A stretch of 64,000 bases of DNA from an uncultured Ignavibacteria bacterium (lineage in GTDB: Bacteria > Zixibacteria > MSB-5A5 > DSPP01 > RBG-1): the NCBI GenBank assembly GCA_964399055.1, contig CAYNPJ010000001.1, positions 582,935-646,934 of the forward strand, given 5' to 3'. The notes beneath the pieces are model-generated. The model saw only the letters and a list, made by a program, of their open reading frames with translations. It did no database searches and was not told the origin of the DNA. The position numbers and the translations under genes are program-made. Positions 27,674 through 37,688 of the stretch are shown here, piece by piece. Numbering within the stretch: position 1 is the stretch's first letter; every line of letters begins with the position of its first letter.

Positions 27674-29089
27674 ATGTCTGCTGAGATTAGAACCGAAGCT
27701 TTAGTCATCGGCGCCGGGCCCGGCGGATACGTAGCCGCCATCAGGCTGGGGCAGTTAAAAAAGAAAACCGTCATTGTGGAGAGAGACAAAGTCGGCGGCC
27801 TGTGCCTGAATTACGGCTGTATCCCCTCCAAAGCGCTTTTATACGCGGCTGAGTTAATCAAGAATTTTAAGAAAGCGGAAAAATACGGAATCACTGCTGA
27901 AAATATAAAAATCGATATCAATGTTCTGCGCAACAAGAAGCAGCAGGTGGTAAATCAATTAGTCAACGGAGTGGGTATTCTGCTGAAAGGAAATGGGGTT
28001 CAAACTATGATGGGGGAGGCGAAGTTTACAGACCAGAAAGTGGTGGAAGTGAAATCGGCAACCGGAGAAGTTACCCGGATAATAGCCGACAGCCTCATCA
28101 TCTCAACTGGCTCGGCCCCTTTTTCATTTCCATTTCTGCCCTTAGACGGCAAAAAAGTGATTACCAGCAAAGAGGCCCTGGAAGTTCCCTTTATCCCCAA
28201 AGAGATGGGAGTTGTAGGCGGCGGCTATGTGGGGATGGAGATGGCTTCGGTCTATCATGCTTTAGGCGCGCATGTCACTGTGATTGAGATGTTGGACATG
28301 GTCTGCGCCAATGCGGATAAGCAGATTGCCCAGTTAGTCAATATGAAATTCAAAAGAGATGGAATTGTTCTTTTGACCTCTACCAAGGTGACTGGTTCGA
28401 AGACGTTGTCCGACGGTAAGATAGAATTGACTGTCACCGGTCCGGAAGGAGAAAAGAAATTGGCTTTTGATTTGGTGATGGTGGCAGTGGGGCATAAGCC
28501 GGTTACCAATGGGCTGGGTCTGGAAAAGACCGGAGTCAGATTAGACCAGAAAGGATTCATCCAGGTAGACTCGCAGATGAAGACCAATGTGCCGGGAATT
28601 TATGCGGTTGGCGATTGTGTTGGGCATCAACTCTTAGCCCACAAAGCTTTCAAGGAAGGCGAAGTGGCCGCAGAAGTGATTTCCGGCAACAATGAGGCGG
28701 AGATGAATTACCGGTTGGTCCCCTGGGCGGTCTTTACCCATCCGGAGATTGCCGGAGTCGGTCTCACTGAAGAGGAGGCCAAACAGAACGGCTATCAGGT
28801 TAAAATCGGCACCTTTCCTTTCAGAGCCATAGGCAGGGCCATCGGGATGGACGAAAGCGATGGCTTAATCAAAGTTGTAGCCAACGCTACTAACGATGAA
28901 CTTTTAGGAGTGCATATGTTCGGAGCCAGCGCCGGAGAGCTGATTGCCGAGGCAGCGGTGGCTTTGGGATTTGAAGCCACTGCGACTGAATGGGGAGAAA
29001 TCATTCACGTGCATCCCACCCTATCGGAGGCGGTGATGGAGGCGGCTTTAGGCGTCAACAAACGTTCGGTTCACATGATAAACAAATGA
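27674..29089 (+). CDS. lpdA: dihydrolipoyl dehydrogenase (E3)
   Basis: FAD motif GAGPGGYVAAIR, redox disulfide GGLCLNYGCIPSKAL, C-terminal HVHPTLSE. Confidence 0.9.
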   Translation: MSAEIRTEALVIGAGPGGYVAAIRLGQLKKKTVIVERDKVGGLCLNYGCIPSKALLYAAELIKNFKKAEKYGITAENIKIDINVLRNKKQQVVNQLVNGVGILLKGNGVQTMMGEAKFTDQKVVEVKSATGEVTRIIADSLIISTGSAPFSFPFLPLDGKKVITSKEALEVPFIPKEMGVVGGGYVGMEMASVYHALGAHVTVIEMLDMVCANADKQIAQLVNMKFKRDGIVLLTSTKVTGSKTLSDGKIELTVTGPEGEKKLAFDLVMVAVGHKPVTNGLGLEKTGVRLDQKGFIQVDSQMKTNVPGIYAVGDCVGHQLLAHKAFKEGEVAAEVISGNNEAEMNYRLVPWAVFTHPEIAGVGLTEEEAKQNGYQVKIGTFPFRAIGRAIGMDESDGLIKVVANATNDELLGVHMFGASAGELIAEAAVALGFEATATEWGEIIHVHPTLSEAVMEAALGVNKRSVHMINK

Positions 29090-29790
29090 AAAAGGAATGC
29101 TGGGCCTTTAATTTAGGCCGGGTTGATTACGCCGAGGCTCTGAATTTGCAGAGAGAGTTAGTTTCTCTGCGCCAGAGAGAGTCATTGCCAGAATTGCTGC
29201 TGCTGGTCGAACACGACCATGTCATCACCTTCGGCAGGGCAGGGAGAGAAACAAATTTGCTTTCTGACGAAGAGGCTCTAAAAAGAGCCAGTGTAGAGGT
29301 TCATTACATAGAGCGGGGAGGGGATGTAACCTATCATGGGCCCGGCCAGTTGGTGGCTTATCCGATTTTTGACTTAAATTACTGGAAGAAGGACTTACAT
29401 TTGTTCCTGCGCAATTTGGAAGATGTGATAATTCAGACTTTATCTGAGTACGACTTAAAGGCCGAAAGAATAAAGGGCTTGACCGGCGTGTGGGTGGAAG
29501 GCGAGAAAGTAGCTGCCATCGGGGTGGCAGTTAAGAAGTGGATTACTTTGCACGGCTTTGCTCTAAACGTCAACACCGACTTGAGCTATTTTACATTCAT
29601 TCATCCGTGCGGGATTACGGACAGGCCGGTGACCTCGATGCAGGAGTTGTTAGGAGAAAAAGTTGATTTTGAAGAAGTAATCAAGATTGTGCAGGAAAAG
29701 TTTGCCGAAGTATTCGGACTGAAGATAGAAATTGGCGCCCCAAATTTTCTTCATAAGATATTAGTTGCTCAGCCCACTCTTTCTACCTAA
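29086..29790 (+). CDS. lipB: lipoyl(octanoyl) transferase
   Basis: ATGA overlap with the lpdA stop. LipB-like core RGGDVTYHGPGQLVAYPI. Confidence 0.8.
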   Translation: MKKECWAFNLGRVDYAEALNLQRELVSLRQRESLPELLLLVEHDHVITFGRAGRETNLLSDEEALKRASVEVHYIERGGDVTYHGPGQLVAYPIFDLNYWKKDLHLFLRNLEDVIIQTLSEYDLKAERIKGLTGVWVEGEKVAAIGVAVKKWITLHGFALNVNTDLSYFTFIHPCGITDRPVTSMQELLGEKVDFEEVIKIVQEKFAEVFGLKIEIGAPNFLHKILVAQPTLST

Positions 29791-29873
29791 ATCGGAAAAT
29801 ACCTCTTCTAAAAGAAAGAGGAACTAAATCCCCTCTCCTATGAGGGGAGGGTTAGGGAGGGGTTAGTTATTTT

Positions 29874-29977
29874 CGTCATTGCGAGGAGAGCCGATATATC
29901 GGCTCGACGTGGCAATCCCCCAGAATAAACGCTCGGTATCCATTCACTGGAATCACCACGCCCCGAGTGGCCGGGGC
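29874..29977 (+). repeat. MITE-like element with terminal inverted repeats CGTCATTGCGAG / CTCGCGATGAC
   Basis: 11/12-nt TIR in a 104-nt non-coding unit. The same left TIR recurs at 35604. Confidence 0.4.
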
Positions 29978-30113
29978 TCGCGATGACTGCTGACATTATT
30001 GTTTCATCTCTCGATGTAAAAAGGTTTAGTTCGGTTAACGTCTGTGGATTGCTTGACTTGCCGCCAGAAAGCTGATAGATTGCCTCTTGTGATTTTCTTC
30101 ACCAGAAGCAGTT

Positions 30114-30503
30114 ATGTCCAAGAAAATTATTTCCACCGATAGAGCGCCCCAGGCAGTAGGTCCTTATTCTCAGGCGGTAGTGTTGGAGAATCTGAATCTG
30201 GTCTTTGTCTCCGGGCAGATTGCCATTCCACCGGGGTCAAAAGAGTTAATCCGGGGAGGAATCGTCGAAGAGACTAAGCAGGTTTTGGAGAATCTTAAGA
30301 ATATCTTGGAAGCGGCGGGGAGTTCCCTCGACAAAGTGGTCAAGACCACGGTCTTCTTGCGCAGTATGGATGACTTCGGCCTGATGAATGAAACTTACAA
30401 TCAGTATTTAAAGACTAATTTTCCGGCGCGCTCCACGGTCCAGGTGGCCGCGCTCCCCAAGGGAGCCAGAGTAGAAATAGAAGCTATAGCATATCTAGAT
30501 TAA
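30114..30503 (+). CDS. ridA: RidA/YjgF-family reactive intermediate deaminase
   Basis: 129 aa with typical RidA conservation (APQAVGPYSQAV, VFVSGQI, PARS.VQV). Confidence 0.85.
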   Translation: MSKKIISTDRAPQAVGPYSQAVVLENLNLVFVSGQIAIPPGSKELIRGGIVEETKQVLENLKNILEAAGSSLDKVVKTTVFLRSMDDFGLMNETYNQYLKTNFPARSTVQVAALPKGARVEIEAIAYLD

Positions 30504-30515
30504 AAAGGAGAAGAG

Positions 30516-31724
30516 ATGATTGATTTCAGCTGGAGCGATGAACATATAGCAGTCAGAGAATTGGTGCGGGAATTCTGTCAGAAGGAAGTTGCCCCCAATT
30601 TAGTCGAAAGAGACCGGACCCAGAAATTCGACCCGGATATACTGAAAAAGATGGCCGAGAAAGACATCTTAGGCATTTGCATTCCGGCCAAATACGGCGG
30701 AGCAGGTTTTGACTACATCAGCCTAGGGGTCTGCTGCGAAGAGTTGGAATACTGTGATACTTCACTCAGAGTAATATTGTCGGTGCATATCGGCTTAAAC
30801 AGTCTGACTTTACTCTCCTGGGGAACTGAGGAACAGAAACAGAAATATTTAGTCCCTAATGCCAAGGGAGAAAAAATCGGGACCTTCGGATTAACCGAGC
30901 CAAATGCCGGCTCAGACGTGGTCGGTATCCTGAGCACTGCAGATGATAAGGGAGACCATTATCTCTTGAACGGCGAGAAGATGTGGATTTCCTTAGCTGA
31001 GGTGGCTGATAATTTCTTGATTTTTGCCTGGACCGACCGGGAGAAGATGAAAAAAAGAGACCACTCCGGCATTACCGCTTTTATTGTCGAACGCCACTGG
31101 AAAGGGATAACCACCGGAGCTATTCACGGCAAATTAGGTATTCGGGCCGGTAATACCGGTTGGATTTCGATGCAGGACGTGAAAGTCCCCAAAGAAAATC
31201 TTCTCGGAAAAATCGGAGAAGGTTTTCACATAGCTATGTTCTGTTTGGACCAGGGTAGATACACAGTGGCTGCCGGCGCAACCGGTCTGGTCAAAGCCTG
31301 CTTGGACGCCTCGATTAACTATTCCAAGACCAGAAAAACTTTCGGACATCTGATTGCCGAACATCAGTTAGTCAAAGAGATGATTGCCGGCATGGAGTCA
31401 GATTATCATGCGGCTCAGTTGCTATGGTTAAAAGCTGGCTGGCTAAAGAATATGGGTATTCGCAACACCAAAGAGACTTCCTTAGCCAAGTGGTATGCCA
31501 CAGTTGCTTCAGAGCGGGCCGCGTCAGATGCGGTCCAGGTCCATGGCGCTTATGGCTACTCAGATGAATATCCGGTGGAGAGATTCTATCGCAACTGCAA
31601 AGGGGCGGTTATCTACGAAGGCTCGCGGGAGATTCACAAGCTGATGCAGGCGGATTATGTGCTGGGCTACCGTCAGGATAAGCCGACCAGGTGTACTCTG
31701 CCGAAGTACGGGGAGATAAAGTAA
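30516..31724 (+). CDS. acyl-CoA dehydrogenase
   Basis: ACAD N-terminal, middle and C-terminal domains ([22 protein letters not shown]). Confidence 0.85.
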   Translation: MIDFSWSDEHIAVRELVREFCQKEVAPNLVERDRTQKFDPDILKKMAEKDILGICIPAKYGGAGFDYISLGVCCEELEYCDTSLRVILSVHIGLNSLTLLSWGTEEQKQKYLVPNAKGEKIGTFGLTEPNAGSDVVGILSTADDKGDHYLLNGEKMWISLAEVADNFLIFAWTDREKMKKRDHSGITAFIVERHWKGITTGAIHGKLGIRAGNTGWISMQDVKVPKENLLGKIGEGFHIAMFCLDQGRYTVAAGATGLVKACLDASINYSKTRKTFGHLIAEHQLVKEMIAGMESDYHAAQLLWLKAGWLKNMGIRNTKETSLAKWYATVASERAASDAVQVHGAYGYSDEYPVERFYRNCKGAVIYEGSREIHKLMQADYVLGYRQDKPTRCTLPKYGEIK

Positions 31725-31760
31725 TTCTATGAATAGTAGATTAATCTAAATGTAAAAATC

Positions 31761-32292
31761 GTAGACCCAGCTTGTCCCCAAGCTGGGATAAGATAAGATG
31801 GTGAGATTACGACGATATAATGTCGAAAACTTGGCATACTTTGTCACAACTTCTTCGTTTTTGAGCCAGCCCGTTCTCCTGACAAATAAAAGAGCCGACG
31901 CAATCGCGAACCATATTTATGCGGCTAAAGAGGAATTGATTGAGTATCTTTTGGCATTTGCCATTATGCCTAATCATTTGCATTTGTTATTTGTACCGAT
32001 GCCGAACGTAACTATTTCTCAAGTTTTGCATTATATTAAGAAGGGGAGTTCCAGGGTTATACACGAACAGGAAAAAGGCAGCGGGAGGTTGTTGACCAGG
32101 CGATTTCATGACAGAGGGATTAGGAGCCAGGAGCAACTGAGGAAGGCCATTGAGTATATTCATTTTAATCCGGTGAAGGCGGGATTGGTTAAGGAAGCGG
32201 AGGAGTATTTATGGTCGTCAGCGAATTCGAGGTGGAAGACGGATGCGGATTTGTATTTAGTCCCACGTTGAGGCAACGTGGGTCTACGAGCT
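31761..32292 (+). mobile_element. RAYT/IS200-like element copy 3 (diverged)
   Basis: Same GTAGACCCAGCTTG...CAAGCTGGG left hairpin and CCCACGTTG-AG-GCAACGTGGGTCTACGAGCT right hairpin, but without the 29-nt loop insertion. Confidence 0.65.
31798..32271 (+). CDS. tnpA: REP-associated tyrosine transposase (copy 3, about 70% identical to copies 1 and 2)
   Basis: HuH motif HLHLLF and catalytic region EYIHFNPVKAG. Same length as the other copies. Confidence 0.7.
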   Translation: MVRLRRYNVENLAYFVTTSSFLSQPVLLTNKRADAIANHIYAAKEELIEYLLAFAIMPNHLHLLFVPMPNVTISQVLHYIKKGSSRVIHEQEKGSGRLLTRRFHDRGIRSQEQLRKAIEYIHFNPVKAGLVKEAEEYLWSSANSRWKTDADLYLVPR

Positions 32293-32516
32293 TGGGGAAG
32301 TATCCAAACTTTTTGGATACTCAAAAGAAGTTGCTTTGACTAAAAGCTTATTATATCATTTCTTTATTTACGAATCATCTGTCGAGACTTGGGAGCCATG
32401 GGAATATTGGGACCTTTATTCTGACATGTATGGAGTAACAAGTGCGTACTCAAGATGAGAACTTTTTGTTTACACGAATTAGAGCCAAAACGATCTAACA
32501 GTTAAAGGACCCAAGA

Positions 32517-33365
32517 GTGAAGAACAGTGGATGGTATTTCTTTACTGGTTTCCTAGTCTTTCAGTCTTTTGGAACATCTGTAACTAGCGGCTACGATGAA
32601 ATACTAACTAATAGTTATTCTTTTCTAGTGCAGCAGGTGACATTCAAGATTGACACACCTCTTGCGGAAAGTAGAAAGAAGCAGTCAAAGCTTGGCTTCA
32701 ACTCATTTGCTCTGATAGGACTTGGGCATCATGATAACTTGACTAAATTTAAGCGCACTGCCTTACCCAAACTAAAAACTGGAGTGGTATATGTTCGATT
32801 GGACCTTGGAATTGGACTACACTATAACTCAGCTTTGTTAATCCCTATTATGTCAATTAGCAAACCCATAACCGGCACAAGCCGTGATAGCGGTCTCATA
32901 CATAACAGCGAAATACTTGAGGTTGGAATTCCGTTCCAGTTTAGGCTGCTTCCCCAGGAATCACGCATCAGCATGGTTCCAATGGTGGGCCATAAGTGGT
33001 TGTGGGAATTAGCGAAAATCAGTGACAACGATGATCAAACTCCTGATGTGTTGAATAAAAAATACAAGGATAATGGGTTGCTTGTTGGTTCAGGATCAAG
33101 CTTTAGAATACTCAGGAAAGTGAATAGCGAGGTTAAACTAACGTTTACTTTTGTCTATGAATTCCTAAGAAATCAGGTGCAAAGATATAGACTTGAATGG
33201 CGAAACATGTGGTTTGATTCTTTTGAGGTTGATTCTAACTCAAGGCAGTTATCTGTATCTGAGATTATGAATTATTGGTCTTTTGGAGTTGAGTATATTT
33301 CAAGGTCTGGCGGGAGAGTTGATTGGTATTTTCTTGGGTCGGTTTCCTTTGGATACGGATTTTAA
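32517..33365 (+). CDS. hypothetical outer-membrane beta-barrel protein
   Basis: Signal-like N-terminus, alternating aromatic strands, C-terminal ...SFGYGF (terminal Phe). Low GC. Confidence 0.35.
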   Translation: MKNSGWYFFTGFLVFQSFGTSVTSGYDEILTNSYSFLVQQVTFKIDTPLAESRKKQSKLGFNSFALIGLGHHDNLTKFKRTALPKLKTGVVYVRLDLGIGLHYNSALLIPIMSISKPITGTSRDSGLIHNSEILEVGIPFQFRLLPQESRISMVPMVGHKWLWELAKISDNDDQTPDVLNKKYKDNGLLVGSGSSFRILRKVNSEVKLTFTFVYEFLRNQVQRYRLEWRNMWFDSFEVDSNSRQLSVSEIMNYWSFGVEYISRSGGRVDWYFLGSVSFGYGF

Positions 33366-33540
33366 TTGATGCCTTCAGCTTGTGTCAAAAACATCAATAC
33401 ACAGACATGCATAAGTTCTTGGCAACTTGTTAAAAGTAAATTTATAGATATGTTATTTAATTTACAGAATGGATCAATAGGTTTGGCTTACATTGATTTT
33501 TTCAATCAAAATCCTAACATTCTTTGACTGAGGAGGTGGA

Positions 33541-34101
33541 ATGAAACGAATAATCTTCTCACTTGGGATAGTATGGGTTATTTACTCTTTTGGTTGGTCT
33601 GTCCAGAACCCCAAACGAATAACAGAATTCTCCATAGCTGCCTCTTTTCAGCTTTTGCAAAGTGGAGGAGAGACAGAAAGCTTCCTTAATATTCCTATTA
33701 GAGCGGGATACTTTTTTAAAAGAAATATAGAAATAGAGGCCGAATTCACCTTAACCGCACCTGAGAATGCAGACGCGGGCTACATTTTATCGGGCATTGC
33801 CTCCTATAATTTTATAACACCAGGTGGACTTATGCCATTTATCTCAGCTGGATACGGTGTTACTAACTCCTATCCAGTTGTCAGCAATCAGGTGGTTACT
33901 AATGCTGGCGGAGTAACCTTAGGCGTGTTAAACTTGGGCGGAGGTCTGAAAGTACCCATGGGGACAAAGGCAGCTCTGAGAGCTGAGTACCGCTTTCAGA
34001 ACTTTACCGGAAAACGTGATGTGACAGGGCCTTTCCAGCAAAATGAGATAAGCTTTCGAGCACATTCCATTTTCACAGGCGTCAGTTTATTTTTACCTTA
34101 G
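33541..34101 (+). CDS. small outer-membrane beta-barrel protein (OmpW/OmpA-beta-barrel-like)
   Basis: Signal peptide and eight-strand-like pattern with Gly/aromatic alternation. Confidence 0.45.
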   Translation: MKRIIFSLGIVWVIYSFGWSVQNPKRITEFSIAASFQLLQSGGETESFLNIPIRAGYFFKRNIEIEAEFTLTAPENADAGYILSGIASYNFITPGGLMPFISAGYGVTNSYPVVSNQVVTNAGGVTLGVLNLGGGLKVPMGTKAALRAEYRFQNFTGKRDVTGPFQQNEISFRAHSIFTGVSLFLP

Positions 34102-34132
34102 ACGAAAAGTGAACAAATTGTAGATCGAAAAG

Positions 34133-34618
34133 ATGAAAAGAGTATTGATAAGCCTATTGTTCATAGCGGTATCCCCGCTTTTCATAATTTTTCATTTGAT
34201 AGGTTGTAATAAATCAACAGTTCCGTTGCCATTTACAGATATAACCGTAACTGATTCGTTGGGTAACGTAATATCCGGTGACCGCTATGATTGGTGTGGG
34301 GGATGTGGAGGTTTAATACCAAGCTGCTACTCTTTCTACCCGGCCTATCCGAACCCTGCCACTGATAGTATCATTCTTTGGTATGGCATACCCCAGCTTT
34401 CCCTAGTCAGTCTGACAATTCGCAACATCTATGGTCAGAAGGTCATAACTCTTTTGGATTATGAACAGCAGGACCCGGATTATCATTTTGTGACATGGTA
34501 TCTTCAAGATTGGATGTCAAATAAAATTCCCTCAGGAATTTACAGGGCTAGGCTCGAATGTTTTTCAAGTGATAAGAAACTAATTTTTGACTGTGAGGGT
34601 GACATAGAAGTAAAGTAG
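34133..34618 (+). CDS. hypothetical lipoprotein
   Basis: Signal peptide with lipobox LIGC, Cys-rich (WCGGCGG). Confidence 0.35.
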   Translation: MKRVLISLLFIAVSPLFIIFHLIGCNKSTVPLPFTDITVTDSLGNVISGDRYDWCGGCGGLIPSCYSFYPAYPNPATDSIILWYGIPQLSLVSLTIRNIYGQKVITLLDYEQQDPDYHFVTWYLQDWMSNKIPSGIYRARLECFSSDKKLIFDCEGDIEVK

Positions 34619-34624
34619 TGGTTA

Positions 34625-35506
34625 GTGAGGCAAGTATACATGGAAGGCTCATCTCGCTTCTTAAAATGGCTATTCTTGATGCAGGTGATAATATGTTTAG
34701 TAGCGAGTCTTAAGGCACAGCCACTTTTACTCTCACTTACTCAAGTCGTAGAGGATACTTCTCAATCGCAGGTCGATACTGTCGATTTCAAGCAATCCTT
34801 AGTAAGCCCCGATACGATAATCCCACAGCTCTCTTTCCGTAACGCAGACATTCGTGATATCTTTGATGCTTTGGCTAAAACCTACAATCTCAACCTCTGG
34901 ATAGATGAAAAAGTTCAAGGGAAAACCACTCTCCACTTGGTCAATGTCTCACTCAACAGCGTGTTTGAATTCTTGGCTCAGCAGAATCAATTAGTCTATG
35001 AAAAATCGGACAACATAATCAAGGTATACAAGGCTCCTCCTCCGCCTCCTGAGCCTCTGAAGATTTTCTATTCGCTCAGTTTCCTTTCGGTTGACTTGAA
35101 GGATGCAGACCTGGCTGAAGTTATCAGGACTCTGGTTAAGGAGAGTAAAGAAAACATAGTCATAGAGGCCGGGGTTATAGGCAGAATAAGTGGCACCCTT
35201 GAGTCAATAGAGTTTGAAAAGGGTTTAAAAGCCCTGATGATTTCCAATGGTTATGTGGTCAGAAAGATTGAGGGGATTTACCACATTGACCGGCTGCCCA
35301 CCGAGCAGCAGGCCCCTACTTTCAAAGGGGTTTATTCAGTCAGCTACAAAGATGACAAGCTCAATATAGATATCGGCAATGCCCAACTATCCAACCTTGT
35401 CCGCCAGATAGCCGAGATGGCCAAGCTGGATATTTTCGTATATGGAGACCTGCAAGGGCAGATTTCGGTCTTTCAGCCGGAGATTCCGTGTCTTCGTCAC
35501 TTGTGA
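34625..35506 (+). CDS. STN/secretin-N-domain protein
   Basis: LSFRNADIRDIFDALAKTYNLNLWIDEKVQGKTTLHLVNVSLNSVFEFLAQQNQLVY fits the secretin/TonB short N-terminal (STN) domain. No secretin barrel domain present. Confidence 0.45.
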   Translation: MRQVYMEGSSRFLKWLFLMQVIICLVASLKAQPLLLSLTQVVEDTSQSQVDTVDFKQSLVSPDTIIPQLSFRNADIRDIFDALAKTYNLNLWIDEKVQGKTTLHLVNVSLNSVFEFLAQQNQLVYEKSDNIIKVYKAPPPPPEPLKIFYSLSFLSVDLKDADLAEVIRTLVKESKENIVIEAGVIGRISGTLESIEFEKGLKALMISNGYVVRKIEGIYHIDRLPTEQQAPTFKGVYSVSYKDDKLNIDIGNAQLSNLVRQIAEMAKLDIFVYGDLQGQISVFQPEIPCLRHL

Positions 35507-35603
35507 ATCAAATCACAAAAAGCTCCTTCTCAAGCGGAAAAATAACCCCCTTTTTACTACCAAAAACCAGCATTTTACCCCTTTTTTGCTATACGAGTGA
35601 ACC

Positions 35604-35680
35604 CGTCATTGCGAGGAGTCCCGTCTTCGACCCTGAGGAGCTCAGACCCGAAGGGAGCTTGTCGAGGGACGACATGGTAA
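35604..35680 (+). repeat. MITE-like repeat sharing its core with the insertion at 46345-46444
   Basis: Starts with CGTCATTGCGAGGAG (same as 29874). Core GTCTTCGACCCTGAGGAGCTCAGACCCGAAGGGAG (35623-35657) is nearly identical to 46367-46399. Confidence 0.4.
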
Positions 35681-35865
35681 TCTGTTTTTAAAACCTCACC
35701 CATCCCTCTCCTAGTAGGAGAGGGTGTAAGATTTCCTCCCCTAAGAGGGGAGGGCTAGGGAGGGGTTTTTTCTACTGAAAGGGGCTTTCTTATTTTGAGT
35801 TTCGTTTTATAACCCTTTGCCTGAACTAATGTTCAGAGAAATGTTTCACGTGCAACAATTTTGCC

Positions 35866-35899
35866 TAATAAAAAAGGCGTCCCGACTTGTCGGGACGCC
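35866..35899 (-). terminator. rho-independent terminator for the minus-strand operon
   Basis: GGCGTCCCGAC-TTGT-CGGGACGCC followed, on the minus strand, by a T-run. Confidence 0.5.
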
Positions 35900-35920
35900 C
35901 TTCACACTGATTGTTGCTAA

Positions 35921-36481
35921 TTAACCGCGTTTCACCCCATATTCCCTTTCATCGTCGTCGCGGTCCTTCTTCTCCTTGGATTTAACCTTCTTGCTGACTC
36001 TTTCCCAGCGCTCAGAGGCCTCTTTGTTTTTGGGGTTGAGGGTCATGGCCATCTGGTACTCTCTTTCAGCATCCCGATATCTTCCAATGTATTCCAGGGA
36101 GATGCCGATGTGCAGTCTGACCCTGGAGAGCCAGACTTTATCGCCAGAATTATACTCAATGGCCAGGCGGAAGTGCTCAATGGAGTCGTTGTATTTTTTC
36201 CAGCGCTGATAGGTCAGCCCCAGGTAGAAGTAAGCCTCCCAGTTGCGGGGGTCTTTGTCAATGGCCAAGCGGAACTGTTCAGTAGCCTGTTTATAGTGCC
36301 CTTTGTTTAACTGTTTGAGCCCGTTGTCCACATGCTTCTGGGAAGCAATGGCCTGGCCTTTGTTCTTGGCCGGGGGCGGAGCCGGTTTCTCGGTCTCAAC
36401 GATGACCACCTTGCGGGTAGTGCAGCCGGAGAAGGCGGCTAAGGTTGCTAAGGATAACAGCAGGACGGCAAATCTTTTCAT
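35921..36481 (-). CDS. TPR-repeat lipoprotein
   Basis: Lipobox AFSGC. TPR-like repeats (AYFYLGLTYQRWKKYNDSIEHFRLAIEYN...). Confidence 0.65.
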   Translation of the reverse strand: MKRFAVLLLSLATLAAFSGCTTRKVVIVETEKPAPPPAKNKGQAIASQKHVDNGLKQLNKGHYKQATEQFRLAIDKDPRNWEAYFYLGLTYQRWKKYNDSIEHFRLAIEYNSGDKVWLSRVRLHIGISLEYIGRYRDAEREYQMAMTLNPKNKEASERWERVSKKVKSKEKKDRDDDEREYGVKRG

Positions 36482-36533
36482 ACTTGCTCCTCTCTTTTAT
36501 TATCCTATATATCGGCAGAAGGTTTTGAAGAAT

Positions 36534-37688
36534 TTACGGCTGATTGCGGCGCAGGATTTGGACTAGTAGCTCAATTTCGTCAGAGGTGTTGTAAAAATGG
36601 GGCGAGAGGCGCAGGCACTTTTCCCGGAAGGAGCAGATGATTTTGTTTTTCATCAACTTCCGGTGCAACGCCTCTGCATTAGGGCAGGTGAAGGAGAGGA
36701 TGGCGGAGCGATGTTCTGATTTAAGGCTGGATTTGATTTCGTAAGGAGAGTCCTGCAGATATTCAATTAGAGGGTCGAGTAGCTGCCGGGTATGTCTTTC
36801 AATATTAGAGACTCCGATGCCGCTAATCAGTTTCAGAGAGTTCGCTAGAATGTAAAGCAGGGCATAGGGGTAGGTGCCGATTTCAAATTTTCTGGCTGAG
36901 AGAAAAGGGGGCTTGTCATAATGACTCAATTCTTCAAATTTCTCTTTCCAGTCCACTCCCAGCCAGCCGAAGAAGACCGATTTCAATCTCCTCTGAAGTT
37001 TTTCCGAGGCATAGAAGAAGGCTGTTCCAGGAGAGGACAAAAGCCATTTGCTGGCGCCACAGGAGAGGAAGTCTATCCGGCATTTATTGACATCCAGAAT
37101 CTGATTACCCACGCCTTGAATGCCATCCACCACAAAAATGATTCCTCTTTCCTGGCAGATTTTTCCGATGGCCTCCAAGTCATTCTTATAGCCGTTGAAA
37201 TATTGAACGAAGCTCAAAGAGAGAACTCTAACAGTTTGGTCAATTGCCTTTAGAAAGTCATCAATCGAAAAGAATCCGTTTCTGCTCTTGATAAATTTAA
37301 CTTTAACGCCGTCCTGCCGGAGATTGAGCCAGGGGTAGACATTGGCCGGGAATTCGATGTCGGATAACAAGACGGTGTCACCCCTTTTCAATTTCAATCC
37401 CTGAGCTACTACATTTAAGCCATAAGAAGTGTTGGGAGCGATGCCGATTTCGGAAGCCTTAGCCTTTATCAGGCTGGCAGCTAAGTTCCGCGATTCCTCC
37501 AGAACTGAGAATTGATATTTGTGGCTGGTGGGTATGTTTTCCAGAAGAAGATAACGATAATAGTCCTGTATAGCTTTATAAGAACTCAAAGGAATTGGAC
37601 CATCTGAGGCGTGGTCGAAATAAATCACATTTTTGACGAAAGGAAATTCTTTACGATAAAATGCGGGACTAAATCTCTTAGCCTTCAA
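36534..37688 (-). CDS. class V aminotransferase-fold PLP-dependent enzyme (cysteine desulfurase/SufS-like)
   Basis: PLP-lysine region SCGASKWLLSSPGTAFFYAS. Aminotransferase class V architecture. Confidence 0.7.
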   Translation of the reverse strand: MKAKRFSPAFYRKEFPFVKNVIYFDHASDGPIPLSSYKAIQDYYRYLLLENIPTSHKYQFSVLEESRNLAASLIKAKASEIGIAPNTSYGLNVVAQGLKLKRGDTVLLSDIEFPANVYPWLNLRQDGVKVKFIKSRNGFFSIDDFLKAIDQTVRVLSLSFVQYFNGYKNDLEAIGKICQERGIIFVVDGIQGVGNQILDVNKCRIDFLSCGASKWLLSSPGTAFFYASEKLQRRLKSVFFGWLGVDWKEKFEELSHYDKPPFLSARKFEIGTYPYALLYILANSLKLISGIGVSNIERHTRQLLDPLIEYLQDSPYEIKSSLKSEHRSAILSFTCPNAEALHRKLMKNKIICSFREKCLRLSPHFYNTSDEIELLVQILRRNQP

